A DNA stretch of 64,000 nucleotides from IMG/VR virus record IMGVR_UViG_3300048917_000027, positions 1-64,000 of that record; one strand, 5' to 3'. Source of the stretch: a virus. The position numbers and the translations under genes were made by a program. Below are positions 1 through 6,515 of this stretch, piece after piece. The notes below the pieces were generated by a model that saw only the letters and a program-made list of their open reading frames with translations, did no database searches and had not been told where the DNA came from. Within the stretch, counting starts at the first letter, position 1; every line of letters starts with the position of its first letter.

Positions 1-393
1 CAGGTGAGCATTGACAATGTCCCTGATAGGAGCAAACAGAGGCTCAGGCAGATTACCCATATTGAACCACTGCCATTCCATGCACTTGTCAGGCTCCATT
101 ACCTTGGCTTCGCCGCCCATATAGGTGCAAGCAATAGTTACGTCAAGGAAATGCTTACCTTCATAGGCAGTAAGGTCACCAATGCACAACACTCGCTGCC
201 GGGCGATTTTGATATCAGGACCGCATTCTTCCAGAAGTTCACGGTCAGCAGTCTCGAAGACATTCTCTCCGAACTCCTGCTTTCCGCCAGGAAGAGCCCA
301 TTCTCCTTCACCATGAGCACCCTTACGACGCCCCAGAAGGATTTCACGACAGTCCTTGATGATAAGAATACTGATTCCAACGCGAGAATTCAT
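1..393 (-). CDS. NUDIX hydrolase (MutT-like); C-terminus runs off the window edge
   Basis: Absent from the ORF track because it is open at position 1. Reverse-strand translation from ATG 393 gives MNSRVGISILIIKDCREILLGRRKGAHGEGEWALPGGKQEFGENVFETADRELLEECGPDIK... It contains the Nudix box G-x5-E-x7-REUxEExGU (GGKQEFGENVFETADRELLEECG). Confidence 0.8.
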   Translation of the reverse strand, partial: MNSRVGISILIIKDCREILLGRRKGAHGEGEWALPGGKQEFGENVFETADRELLEECGPDIKIARQRVLCIGDLTAYEGKHFLDVTIACTYMGGEAKVMEPDKCMEWQWFNMGNLPEPLFAPIRDIVNAHL

Positions 394-394
394 T

Positions 395-562
395 TCAGCC
401 TTCCAGGTTTCTGATTTCACCGTCAAGTCGGAGGACTTCACGCTTGAATCTCTGTTCACTTACTCTGTCACCGTCTCGTTTTGCTCTTTCCATGCCGCGA
501 GCGGCATTTCTTCGTTGCTCACGAAGAGAATTAAGAGCCCTTCTTACGCTTATGTCTATCAT
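395..562 (-). CDS. small hypothetical protein (start uncertain: ATG 562 or ATG 493)
   Basis: Short reverse-strand ORF below the track cutoff, ...MERAKRDGDRVSEQRFKREVLRLDGEIRNLEG*. Its TGA is at 395-397, 1 nt before the NUDIX ATG. There is no clear RBS. Confidence 0.25.
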   Translation of the reverse strand: MIDISVRRALNSLREQRRNAARGMERAKRDGDRVSEQRFKREVLRLDGEIRNLEG

Positions 563-701
563 GAGCGACAATCCATTCCTCCAGAGCGTATATTTCAGTA
601 GCTATTCGCTTTGCATGGGGAGTTCCACGTTTCTTGATGTACTCCATCTTGAGCGCAGCAAGTCTTCGTTCTGCTTCTTCTATATTCTTAGGACTACTCA
701 T
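531..701 (-). CDS. small hypothetical protein (56 aa)
   Basis: My translation is MSSPKNIEEAERRLAALKMEYIKKRGTPHAKRIATEIYALEEWIVAHDRHKRKKGS. There is an ATGA start/stop overlap with the upstream gene at 698-701, and AGGAA lies 6 nt upstream. Confidence 0.45.
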   Translation of the reverse strand: MSSPKNIEEAERRLAALKMEYIKKRGTPHAKRIATEIYALEEWIVAHDRHKRKKGS

Positions 702-1018
702 ACATTATTCCTATCAAGGATACCTTGTACGTAATCGGCATCTATGTCATCGTAGTTTGATAGCATTCTCAGCTCTGAGACTGCATCCCTGTACCGGCGA
801 TTTTCTGACAGATAGTTGTCAGCATCATTAGCCCACCGATAGGCATCTTTACGAAGTGCCAGGAATTTCTCGCGCGGAATCTGTTCATGGGGAAGGATAT
901 CAAATTCAACCCATACTGAATACTCCTCACTTGTCATTCCTAGAAACTCGTGGAGTGACAATTTGCTTTCACTGTCATGCCACTTGTCCACGAGGTCTTC
1001 TAGTTGTCCTCTGTTCAT
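698..1018 (-). CDS. hypothetical protein
   Basis: 106-aa track ORF, co-oriented and tightly packed within the leftward operon. No recognisable motif. Confidence 0.6.
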   Translation of the reverse strand: MNRGQLEDLVDKWHDSESKLSLHEFLGMTSEEYSVWVEFDILPHEQIPREKFLALRKDAYRWANDADNYLSENRRYRDAVSELRMLSNYDDIDADYVQGILDRNNV

Positions 1019-1366
1019 GTCCTCAGTTTGTCACGCGCCGGGGACATTGTCAAGACGTGAGACAGCCTTGTTGACAGTATTCACAGGAATGTCCTGTTCC
1101 TTGATGACACAAATCTGCTTGTGCAATTCTGTCCTGTCCGTGATGCCGGACGCCCATAGGGCTCTGACCAGCGCGGACACTGACTTGTCCTTGTTTATGT
1201 CACTTGTCCCGGACACAGGTGACACTGTCTTGTCCTCTGGGACAGGGTCTGTCACCGGAATGTCCGGTGTTGTCACGCTGAATGTCACTTCTGGGGACAT
1301 GTCCTGTGACATGTCATTTGTCTTGTCCTGTGTGTCACGTGACTTGTCACGACGTTTTGTCCTCTG
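973..1366. repeat. dense degenerate repeat array (core TGTC(C/AC) / GACA; 10-mer TTGTCCTCTG x3)
   Basis: By manual count there are 25 TGTC on the + strand between 973 and 1361, plus many inverted GACA. TTGTCCTCTG occurs at 1004-1013, 1230-1239 and 1357-1366. GGACATGTCC is a palindrome at about 1295-1304. The array crosses the 1018/1031 gene junction. Confidence 0.7.
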
Positions 1367-1909
1367 GACAGGCTCTCCGGTGACACCCGTGACAACCTCA
1401 TTCAGCCTGAAGAATACCACATCCTTGAACCCACCGAAAGTCTTGCCAGGGAAGATAAGCCAACTAATCTTACCAAACACTGGCATACGCTTCGGGACGA
1501 GTCCCATAGAGCGCATCTCTGAGCGGTGAATGAACCTGAGATAAAGTTCGAAAAGGATTCCGGCAATAACTGGTGGTGCTCCAAAAAGAACCATTCCAGG
1601 GACCCCGTAGGACAGCAGCATGGCATGTTCTACGTTGAGGTATACAGACGCTCCCACAAAGAGATACGTCGCTAGTTTTGTTGCGAGACCTGAGTCTTCA
1701 GTGCGTGCGTACTTGCTTGCGAGGTCAGCTACAAACAGTGCTGCTCCATCGAATGCCGCGCTTACTCCAATAGCAAGTATCTGCGGTACTCCATAGAACG
1801 TAACAGCAAGGGAGTACAGAGACCACCAACTAAGAGCCAGTGCGACAATAAGAACAACAGCGAATGATACAGAACCTCGCCAGTCAAGAATCTTCTTGAA
1901 ATCTGGCAT
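1031..1909 (-). CDS. membrane protein with DUF2637-like N-terminal domain and C-terminal HTH-like segment
   Basis: The N-terminal ~150 aa carry about 4 hydrophobic helices (SFAVVLIVALALSWW, ILAIGVSAAFDGAALFV, YLFVGASVYL, MVLFGAPPVIAGILF). A D/K/T/S-rich linker follows. The C-terminus is LVRALWASGITDRTELHKQICVIKEQDIPVNTVNKAVSRL. An AAGGAG RBS precedes the start. Confidence 0.75.
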   Translation of the reverse strand: MPDFKKILDWRGSVSFAVVLIVALALSWWSLYSLAVTFYGVPQILAIGVSAAFDGAALFVADLASKYARTEDSGLATKLATYLFVGASVYLNVEHAMLLSYGVPGMVLFGAPPVIAGILFELYLRFIHRSEMRSMGLVPKRMPVFGKISWLIFPGKTFGGFKDVVFFRLNEVVTGVTGEPVQRTKRRDKSRDTQDKTNDMSQDMSPEVTFSVTTPDIPVTDPVPEDKTVSPVSGTSDINKDKSVSALVRALWASGITDRTELHKQICVIKEQDIPVNTVNKAVSRLDNVPGA

Positions 1910-1930
1910 TTGTTCCTATTCTCCTTAGAC

Positions 1931-1962
1931 AAAAATGTAGGCGGCCCAAGCGGACCGCCTAC
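1931..1962 (-). terminator. intrinsic terminator after the dps-like gene
   Basis: On the minus strand the sequence is GTAGGCGG-(10 nt loop)-CCGCCTAC followed by ATTTTTG. It lies between the stop at 1970 and the next start at 1909. Confidence 0.6.
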
Positions 1963-1969
1963 TATTCAA

Positions 1970-2371
1970 TTATTTGGTTGACTCATTTAGCATCCAGAGC
2001 CACTTGTCGACTCCTCGCTTCACTTCGATGAGAACATCCTGTGTAGCAAGGTCATCAGTAATGTTCAGTGTAGCAGCATGAAGAACGTTCGTCAATCCTC
2101 TAAAGGAATTGATGAGTCCAATCAGTACCTGACTGAAACTTACTGATTCTCCTGACATCTCGTAGCTGACCTTTGGAGCAAGATACAGGTCGATTGCTCT
2201 TGCCCGTTCTGCAATAAGGTCAGCATACGCATTGACATCAGCGTCCAGCTCATCCAGCTTGTCATGGAAGAAGAGGAATTCCTTACCTCTAAGATTCCAA
2301 TGACTCTCCTTGACGACCAAGGAGAGAATCAGGAGCCATTCCAGTGCTTCGGTCATTTTCGTCTCTAGCAC
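1970..2371 (-). CDS. dps: Dps-like ferritin-fold protein
   Basis: The segment ESHWNLRGKEFLFFHDKLDELDADVNAYADLIAERARAI matches the Dps helix A/B signature (HWNVxGxxFxxLHxxxEExY...IAER). GTG start with AAGGAGG 6 nt upstream. Confidence 0.75.
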   Translation of the reverse strand: MLETKMTEALEWLLILSLVVKESHWNLRGKEFLFFHDKLDELDADVNAYADLIAERARAIDLYLAPKVSYEMSGESVSFSQVLIGLINSFRGLTNVLHAATLNITDDLATQDVLIEVKRGVDKWLWMLNESTK

Positions 2372-2582
2372 TCTCCACCTCCTTAATCGCTTTCTTTACG
2401 AGATGATGCATCTCTAGTCCTGGTCTGATGTAAGTATCACATACAGGGCACCAGAGTCTAAGGTCGGAAGATGCACCAGGCTTTTGTCTGACTATTAAGT
2501 TATACCCACAGTCTGGACATTCCAGCGCCGGGGCTCTATTCTCTTTTACCAGTCTTGTATAATGGTGAAAATCGCGCCACAT
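2289..2582 (-). CDS. zinc-ribbon protein
   Basis: Contains CPDCGYNL...CPVCDTY (CxxC-x19-CxxC). Its 3' end overlaps the dps-like gene by 83 nt in another frame. Confidence 0.55.
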   Translation of the reverse strand: MWRDFHHYTRLVKENRAPALECPDCGYNLIVRQKPGASSDLRLWCPVCDTYIRPGLEMHHLVKKAIKEVESARDENDRSTGMAPDSLLGRQGESLES

Positions 2583-2594
2583 AAAGACAGTGTA

Positions 2595-2801
2595 TCATGC
2601 ATTGCGAAGATTGTAGATTACTGTTTGCAGTGCCTCTACAGCTTCGTTCTTTGCATTGCGCAGATTTCCTACTTCATTCTCGAATGCATTGTCTGCTTCT
2701 ACAGCATTATTCTTGATTTCATCAAGCAATGCTTCTACAAGAGGTCTATGCATACCGGCCGCATCTGTTAGGGCCAGCAATTCCTTTTCAGCCTGACTCA
2801 C
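2595..2801 (-). CDS. hypothetical protein (start moved to GTG 2801)
   Basis: The track ORF 2595..2849 overlaps the upstream gene. The in-frame GTG at 2801 has AAGGAG 7 nt upstream. The product is helical and acidic. Confidence 0.5.
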   Translation of the reverse strand: MSQAEKELLALTDAAGMHRPLVEALLDEIKNNAVEADNAFENEVGNLRNAKNEAVEALQTVIYNLRNA

Positions 2802-3231
2802 GAAGCTTCTCCTTGATTCTCGTGGTTGACATACCTGTTCGTCTATCAACGTATATCAGAATCAGGTCGTTCTCGTCAAGCCACTCCTTGGTGAAGCCCA
2901 TCTGACCATAGTAATCTCTACCGGCCCAATCTGAGCCGATAGCAATCACTTCGATTCTGCCGTTCTTGCATGCTTCGACAATCGTAGGCTTTGAATCCTC
3001 TTCACCAATGTTCTCGATGACATAATCAACGTACTTACATGATTCGAGCATCAGCTTACGTTCTCTGAAAGACTGAACTGGCTTGTTGCCCTTGAAGCGT
3101 TCAATGAATTCATCTGTATTGAGGGCAACGGTTACTTTTCCATCACCGGCCAATTTCTTGCAGGAGCGAAGAAGCTCAATATGACCTTCGTGAAACAGGT
3201 CAAACGTTCCTCCAGTATAGATGTTAGGCAC
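2788..3231 (-). CDS. cytidylyltransferase-family nucleotidyltransferase (TagD / RfaE domain II-like)
   Basis: The N-terminal GGTFDLFHEGHIELL is the (T/H)xGH signature of this family. The 147-aa size is typical. Confidence 0.8.
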   Translation of the reverse strand: MPNIYTGGTFDLFHEGHIELLRSCKKLAGDGKVTVALNTDEFIERFKGNKPVQSFRERKLMLESCKYVDYVIENIGEEDSKPTIVEACKNGRIEVIAIGSDWAGRDYYGQMGFTKEWLDENDLILIYVDRRTGMSTTRIKEKLRESG

Positions 3232-3877
3232 TCAAGTGCTCCACATCTATTGCTAGCTGATTCTGTACGTAGTACTTGAATGACAGCTCATCGTGTTGCC
3301 AGACTTCACCGGAATTTGCTTCCTGATAGGTATTGTCATTTGATGCCTTACCCGCGAATGGATGCATGTGCTCCATGTTCACATGGTCAAGGTATGTCAG
3401 TGTTCCCAGTGCCTGTCCCAGGGCCTTCCAGTAGTTGTCTGCAAATAGATGAATAAGCGTTGGGGTAACCATGTACCCAAGTCTTTTAATAATTTCTGCG
3501 TCCATGAAGACAGCGGTTGGAAGCCCTTCTCCTTGCCAGCCGTCATTGGCGTACGCAATCATATTCTTCTGGAAATGATTAGTGATTTCTACATCCCAGC
3601 GATGCGTATGAGGAATTACGTCATCACCGATGAATCCGATGATGTCATAATAGTTGACGCAATCCATTGCAGCGTCATTCAACGTTCCCACAAGTCGTCT
3701 GCGACGACCGGAACGAAGAGGAAGTCTTGTTGCGTAATACTCTTCAAGCTTAGGGTCATCATAGTCTACACAAAAGACCACATCGACATCTGCCGTTGTT
3801 TCGATTGCTTCGAGCAATCGCATAGCATTGTCTGGTCGTCCCCGTGTAGGAACGATAATTTTCATTCTTTTATCCAT
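3224..3877 (-). CDS. putative glycosyltransferase (GT-A / GT2-like)
   Basis: Motifs MKIIVPTRGRPDNAMRLLEAI, VFCVDYDDP and GFIGDDVIP fit a GT-A Rossmann fold with acidic motifs. The start is set at ATG 3877, which overlaps the upstream stop (TGATG). Confidence 0.6.
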   Translation of the reverse strand: MDKRMKIIVPTRGRPDNAMRLLEAIETTADVDVVFCVDYDDPKLEEYYATRLPLRSGRRRRLVGTLNDAAMDCVNYYDIIGFIGDDVIPHTHRWDVEITNHFQKNMIAYANDGWQGEGLPTAVFMDAEIIKRLGYMVTPTLIHLFADNYWKALGQALGTLTYLDHVNMEHMHPFAGKASNDNTYQEANSGEVWQHDELSFKYYVQNQLAIDVEHLSA

Positions 3878-4503
3878 CAGGCATAATCCGTTTCCTGTAC
3901 GATGCTCTTCTCTAGACCTGTGATGTATACAAGGTCGGCCCATGTAGGCTTTGAGCAGTATCCATTTAGCTCACCGGCCTTCGCATACGCATACAGAGTA
4001 TCATCGTATTGACCAGTCAATCCGTCACGCTCAAGCAGCGCTTTAATCTTTTCAGCGCCCTGCTCTGAATAGAACATACTGACGCCACCATATCTCTGAT
4101 AAACCTTACAGAGAGACTTGCTGACTCCATCACGGTGTTCATCGAACATCTTGTCACTGTCTCTTGGAATAAACAGACTGAAGAAATCCCAGTCATCAGG
4201 AAGCTCAGCAGTTCGCTGCTCGAAATTCAGTTGAAAGTCATCATGCAGCAGGGCATCATCCTCAAATGTGACAATTGGTGCTCGGTCGAGCGCATTGAGC
4301 ACTGAGTACCAGATACCAAGATGACCCACGCGAGCGGGCCAATTTATTTTGTACGGATGTCTCAATTGAGCGTAATGCAGCTCATTCGGCTCACTTCCAC
4401 AAACAGAAGGAACACGAATAGGCTCCCAGCCTCGTAGCTTTGGGAGCATCTTTTGAATGTAGTCAAGACGTGAATAGTCTATGTTGAATATCGTGTATTT
4501 CAC
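3877..4503 (-). CDS. putative glycosyltransferase family 25-like
   Basis: MKYTIFNIDYSRLDY..., GHLGIWYSVLNALDRAPIVTFEDDALL resembles the GT25 (LOS/LPS beta-glycosyltransferase) pattern GxxGCxxSHxxxW...ILEDD. Confidence 0.6.
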   Translation of the reverse strand: MKYTIFNIDYSRLDYIQKMLPKLRGWEPIRVPSVCGSEPNELHYAQLRHPYKINWPARVGHLGIWYSVLNALDRAPIVTFEDDALLHDDFQLNFEQRTAELPDDWDFFSLFIPRDSDKMFDEHRDGVSKSLCKVYQRYGGVSMFYSEQGAEKIKALLERDGLTGQYDDTLYAYAKAGELNGYCSKPTWADLVYITGLEKSIVQETDYA

Positions 4504-4691
4504 CTAACACCCTTGTTGATAACAAACTCGGAGATACAGGCAAACATGAAGAATGCTGCCGTTATACCTCCAAGCACAGAAGGCACAAGGATGAAGGACA
4601 TGGTAAACAACACTGTAGCCAGTACCAGCGCTACTCTTCCTAGTTTAGATAGCATGAGCCCCGCGTCAGAATCGAACTGACAACTCATCAT
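4500..4691 (-). CDS. small membrane protein (2 TM)
   Basis: Hydrophobic segments VALVLATVLFTMSFILVPSVL and GGITAAFFMFACISEFV. Start/stop overlap with the downstream gene. Confidence 0.5.
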   Translation of the reverse strand: MMSCQFDSDAGLMLSKLGRVALVLATVLFTMSFILVPSVLGGITAAFFMFACISEFVINKGVR

Positions 4692-4738
4692 TACGAAAGA
4701 TGTATGTTTCCATTAACACCAGCGGGGCAGTGGTGAAA

Positions 4739-5209
4739 TCAGAGCTTCCACCAGGCTCGTCTACGGCGACGACGGGATTTCTTTACCTTTATAACGCTAA
4801 GTATACACAAAGCACCGGCAACCGTCAATACTGTAGCGGATGCTCCCAAATAGAATGCAAGACCAGTTGATGCAAAGAGAAGAAGTCTGAGCTTCCATAT
4901 TCCTGACAGCCCAGGCTTTCTCGGTGCCGGTCTTGTTGAGCCAGCAAATCTGGCTCCCTTGCTTTGGTTGCATCTCAAATGTGCGAGAGCCACATTTCCC
5001 CACACATGACCTGGTGAATCTTTCCTCCATGAAAGAGGAATGATGTGGTCGAGAGACGCAGACTTGGGGTGAGGGTATTTCAGATTACGTCGTACCCTCT
5101 TGCCACACAGGTGACATTTCCAATTTGACTGCGCGTAAACGACCGGCCTGGTAATGGTGGGGTCATATGGAACGCCATACTCTATGCAACGCTCCTCGTC
5201 AGCTTTCAT
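4739..5209 (-). CDS. HNH endonuclease with C-terminal hydrophobic anchor and polybasic tail
   Basis: The HNH core is CHLCGKRV...SLDHIIPLS...GNVALAHLRCNQSKG. The C-terminus is LRLLLFASTGLAFYLGASATVLTVAGALCILSVI followed by KVKKSRRRRRRAWWKL. Confidence 0.8.
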   Translation of the reverse strand: MKADEERCIEYGVPYDPTITRPVVYAQSNWKCHLCGKRVRRNLKYPHPKSASLDHIIPLSWRKDSPGHVWGNVALAHLRCNQSKGARFAGSTRPAPRKPGLSGIWKLRLLLFASTGLAFYLGASATVLTVAGALCILSVIKVKKSRRRRRRAWWKL

Positions 5210-5237
5210 ACAAGAAGCATAGCATGTTTGTCAACCC

Positions 5238-5807
5238 TCAGTACCACCCATGATTCTTGAAGTGGTTCCAGGCAGTGCAAGGAGTCTTGTAACGCTTGTA
5301 GATGTAGAACTCAAGACCCCAGCGAACCTGGGTTCGGGGATTGGTCCTCCAGTCAGAACCAGCAGCCTTCATTTTTGAGGCCGGTAGAGACTGAGGAATT
5401 CCATAAGCTCCGGAATAAGGGTTTTTGGCCCGGTAATTCCAAGAAGATTCATGCTTCCAAAGAGGATTCAAGCAGTTGTACTGCTTGCTCCAGGACTTAG
5501 GAAACTTCTTCTTGAGCTTCCCCTTCGCATAGTCCTTTGTACTCGTAATTGACTTTGAGTATGCCACAGACTCTATGCGAGTAACCTTCAAGCCAAGGTT
5601 GGCGGAAGGTGAAGATGTCAGACTAGGCTTTACAGCCTTCGGAGCCTCACTCTTGCTTGGTTGTGCTTCTGGCGATGTTGAAACGGTAACAGCCTGCTTA
5701 TCGGCAGGTGCATTGCCAGTCTCTGAAGATGCTGTGACGAATACTGCTGTAGCAACTCCAAGGATGAGAGCAGCAGATGCTATGTTGCCCCTCATATCTT
5801 GACCCAT
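5238..5807 (-). CDS. secreted or anchored peptidoglycan hydrolase (SLT / Apf C-terminal-like lysozyme-like domain)
   Basis: Signal-anchor IASAALILGVATAVFVTA, then a P/S/A-rich linker. The C-terminus is NCLNPLWKHESSWNYRAKNPYSGAYGIPQSLPASKMKAAGSDWRTNPRTQVRWGLEFYIYKRYKTPCTAWNHFKNHGWY. Start is ATG 5807 with GGAGG 9 nt upstream. Confidence 0.75.
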   Translation of the reverse strand: MGQDMRGNIASAALILGVATAVFVTASSETGNAPADKQAVTVSTSPEAQPSKSEAPKAVKPSLTSSPSANLGLKVTRIESVAYSKSITSTKDYAKGKLKKKFPKSWSKQYNCLNPLWKHESSWNYRAKNPYSGAYGIPQSLPASKMKAAGSDWRTNPRTQVRWGLEFYIYKRYKTPCTAWNHFKNHGWY

Positions 5808-5868
5808 TAGTAGTAACCTCCAAGTAGTGAGCAGCAGTTGGGTAACTGCCACCCGGTCATGAGATAAG

Positions 5869-5897
5869 ACTCTACCGGTGTATCAGTTCTGTGTCAA
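5869..5897 (-). promoter_or_regulatory. sigma70-like promoter (TTGACA-17-TAGAGT), leftward
   Basis: On the minus strand, TTGACA is at 5897-5892, followed by a 17-nt spacer and TAGAGT at 5874-5869. It lies upstream of the hydrolase gene. Confidence 0.5.
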
Positions 5898-5924
5898 CCT
5901 TGTAACCAAGGTGTAACTGAGTGA

Positions 5925-6155
5925 CTACTTAATGACATGACGGTATGGAAGAATCTCTACGTTCTTCGCTCCGTCTGATTCGAACTCTAGCTTCTCACGA
6001 TGAGCTGTGTCAAGTGATACAAGTTCATCTGTTTCTTTAAACTTACCATCTATAGAATATCTTAGATAGTAAAGAGAGTTAGATGTATCCATATTGATAC
6101 TACTTCCTTGATAGAGATTAGTAAGTATATTCATGAGGTTACGTAGTAACCTCAT
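5925..6155 (-). CDS. hypothetical protein (start uncertain: M1, M8 or M22)
   Basis: 76-aa track ORF and the first gene of the leftward block. Its first codons lie inside a perfect palindrome. Confidence 0.4.
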   Translation of the reverse strand: MRLLRNLMNILTNLYQGSSINMDTSNSLYYLRYSIDGKFKETDELVSLDTAHREKLEFESDGAKNVEILPYRHVIK

Positions 6156-6177
6156 CTACTAACATCTTTAGATGTTA
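6135..6177. promoter_or_regulatory. two adjacent perfect palindromes (operator-like)
   Basis: GAGGTTAC-gta-GTAACCTC at 6135-6153 and CTAACATCT-tt-AGATGTTAG at 6158-6177. They span the ATG at 6155. Confidence 0.5.
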
Positions 6178-6192
6178 GTTAATTAATATAGT

Positions 6193-6211
6193 CCCGCTAT
6201 GAAATAGCGGG
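6193..6211. promoter_or_regulatory. 8-bp hairpin CCCGCTAT-gaa-ATAGCGGG
   Basis: Perfect stem. On the minus strand it is followed by ACUAUAUUAAUU, so it could be a second weak terminator in the leader. Confidence 0.4.
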
Positions 6212-6304
6212 TCTTACACACCCCCAGAAGTTATACATTCTGAGCAGTGACCGCAGAGGAAGGTAAGACCCTTGGAGAACCCTTCGACTGGCACTCGGAT
6301 TTTT

Positions 6305-6352
6305 GGGCAATAGAAAATGCCCCAGAAGGCTGCGACCTCTTCTGGGGCATTT
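6305..6352 (-). terminator. leader intrinsic terminator (14-bp stem + U-rich tail)
   Basis: AAATGCCCCAGAAG (6315-6328) pairs with CTTCTGGGGCATTT (6339-6352). On the minus strand the stem is followed by TCTATTG, reading GGGGCAUUUUCUAUU. Confidence 0.6.
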
Positions 6353-6382
6353 AGTAAGTAAATGCACGATGTTGGTCGCAGC
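6329..6382 (-). promoter_or_regulatory. candidate antiterminator elements competing with the leader terminator
   Basis: The terminator loop GCTGCGACC (6329-6337) is perfectly complementary to GGTCGCAGC (6374-6382). GCATTTA (6347-6353) pairs with TAAATGC (6359-6365) and reuses part of a terminator arm. Confidence 0.45.
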
Positions 6383-6401
6383 AACACCCTGTTCTCCATT
6401 C

Positions 6402-6431
6402 AGGATAGCACTACAACCAACACCGTGTCAA
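6402..6431 (-). promoter_or_regulatory. sigma70-like promoter, leftward (TTGACA-18-TGcTATCCT)
   Basis: On the minus strand, TTGACA is at 6431-6426, followed by an 18-nt spacer ending in TGC, then TATCCT at 6407-6402. Confidence 0.55.
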
Positions 6432-6442
6432 ATCGATGCCAG

Positions 6443-6472
6443 TTGAGCCATAGCTCAACCAACTGATATAAT
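6443..6472 (+). promoter_or_regulatory. sigma70-like promoter, rightward (TTGAGC-18-TGaTATAAT)
   Basis: TTGAGC at 6443-6448 and extended -10 TGATATAAT at 6464-6472. Direct repeats of CATAGCTCAA (about 6449-6458 and 6478-6487) flank the -10. Confidence 0.6.
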
Positions 6473-6515
6473 CGTAGCATAGCTCAAAGAGCATGTCAAC
6501 GACGAAAGGAAAGCT

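Noticed and set aside
6214-6399. 61-aa minus-strand ORF in the divergent control region (MENRVLLRPTSCIY...CGHCSEC)
   Set aside because: It reads straight through the perfect 14-bp terminator hairpin. Its ATG lies only 3 nt downstream of the predicted -10 and so upstream of the likely transcription start. It has no RBS. I treat the region as a non-coding leader.
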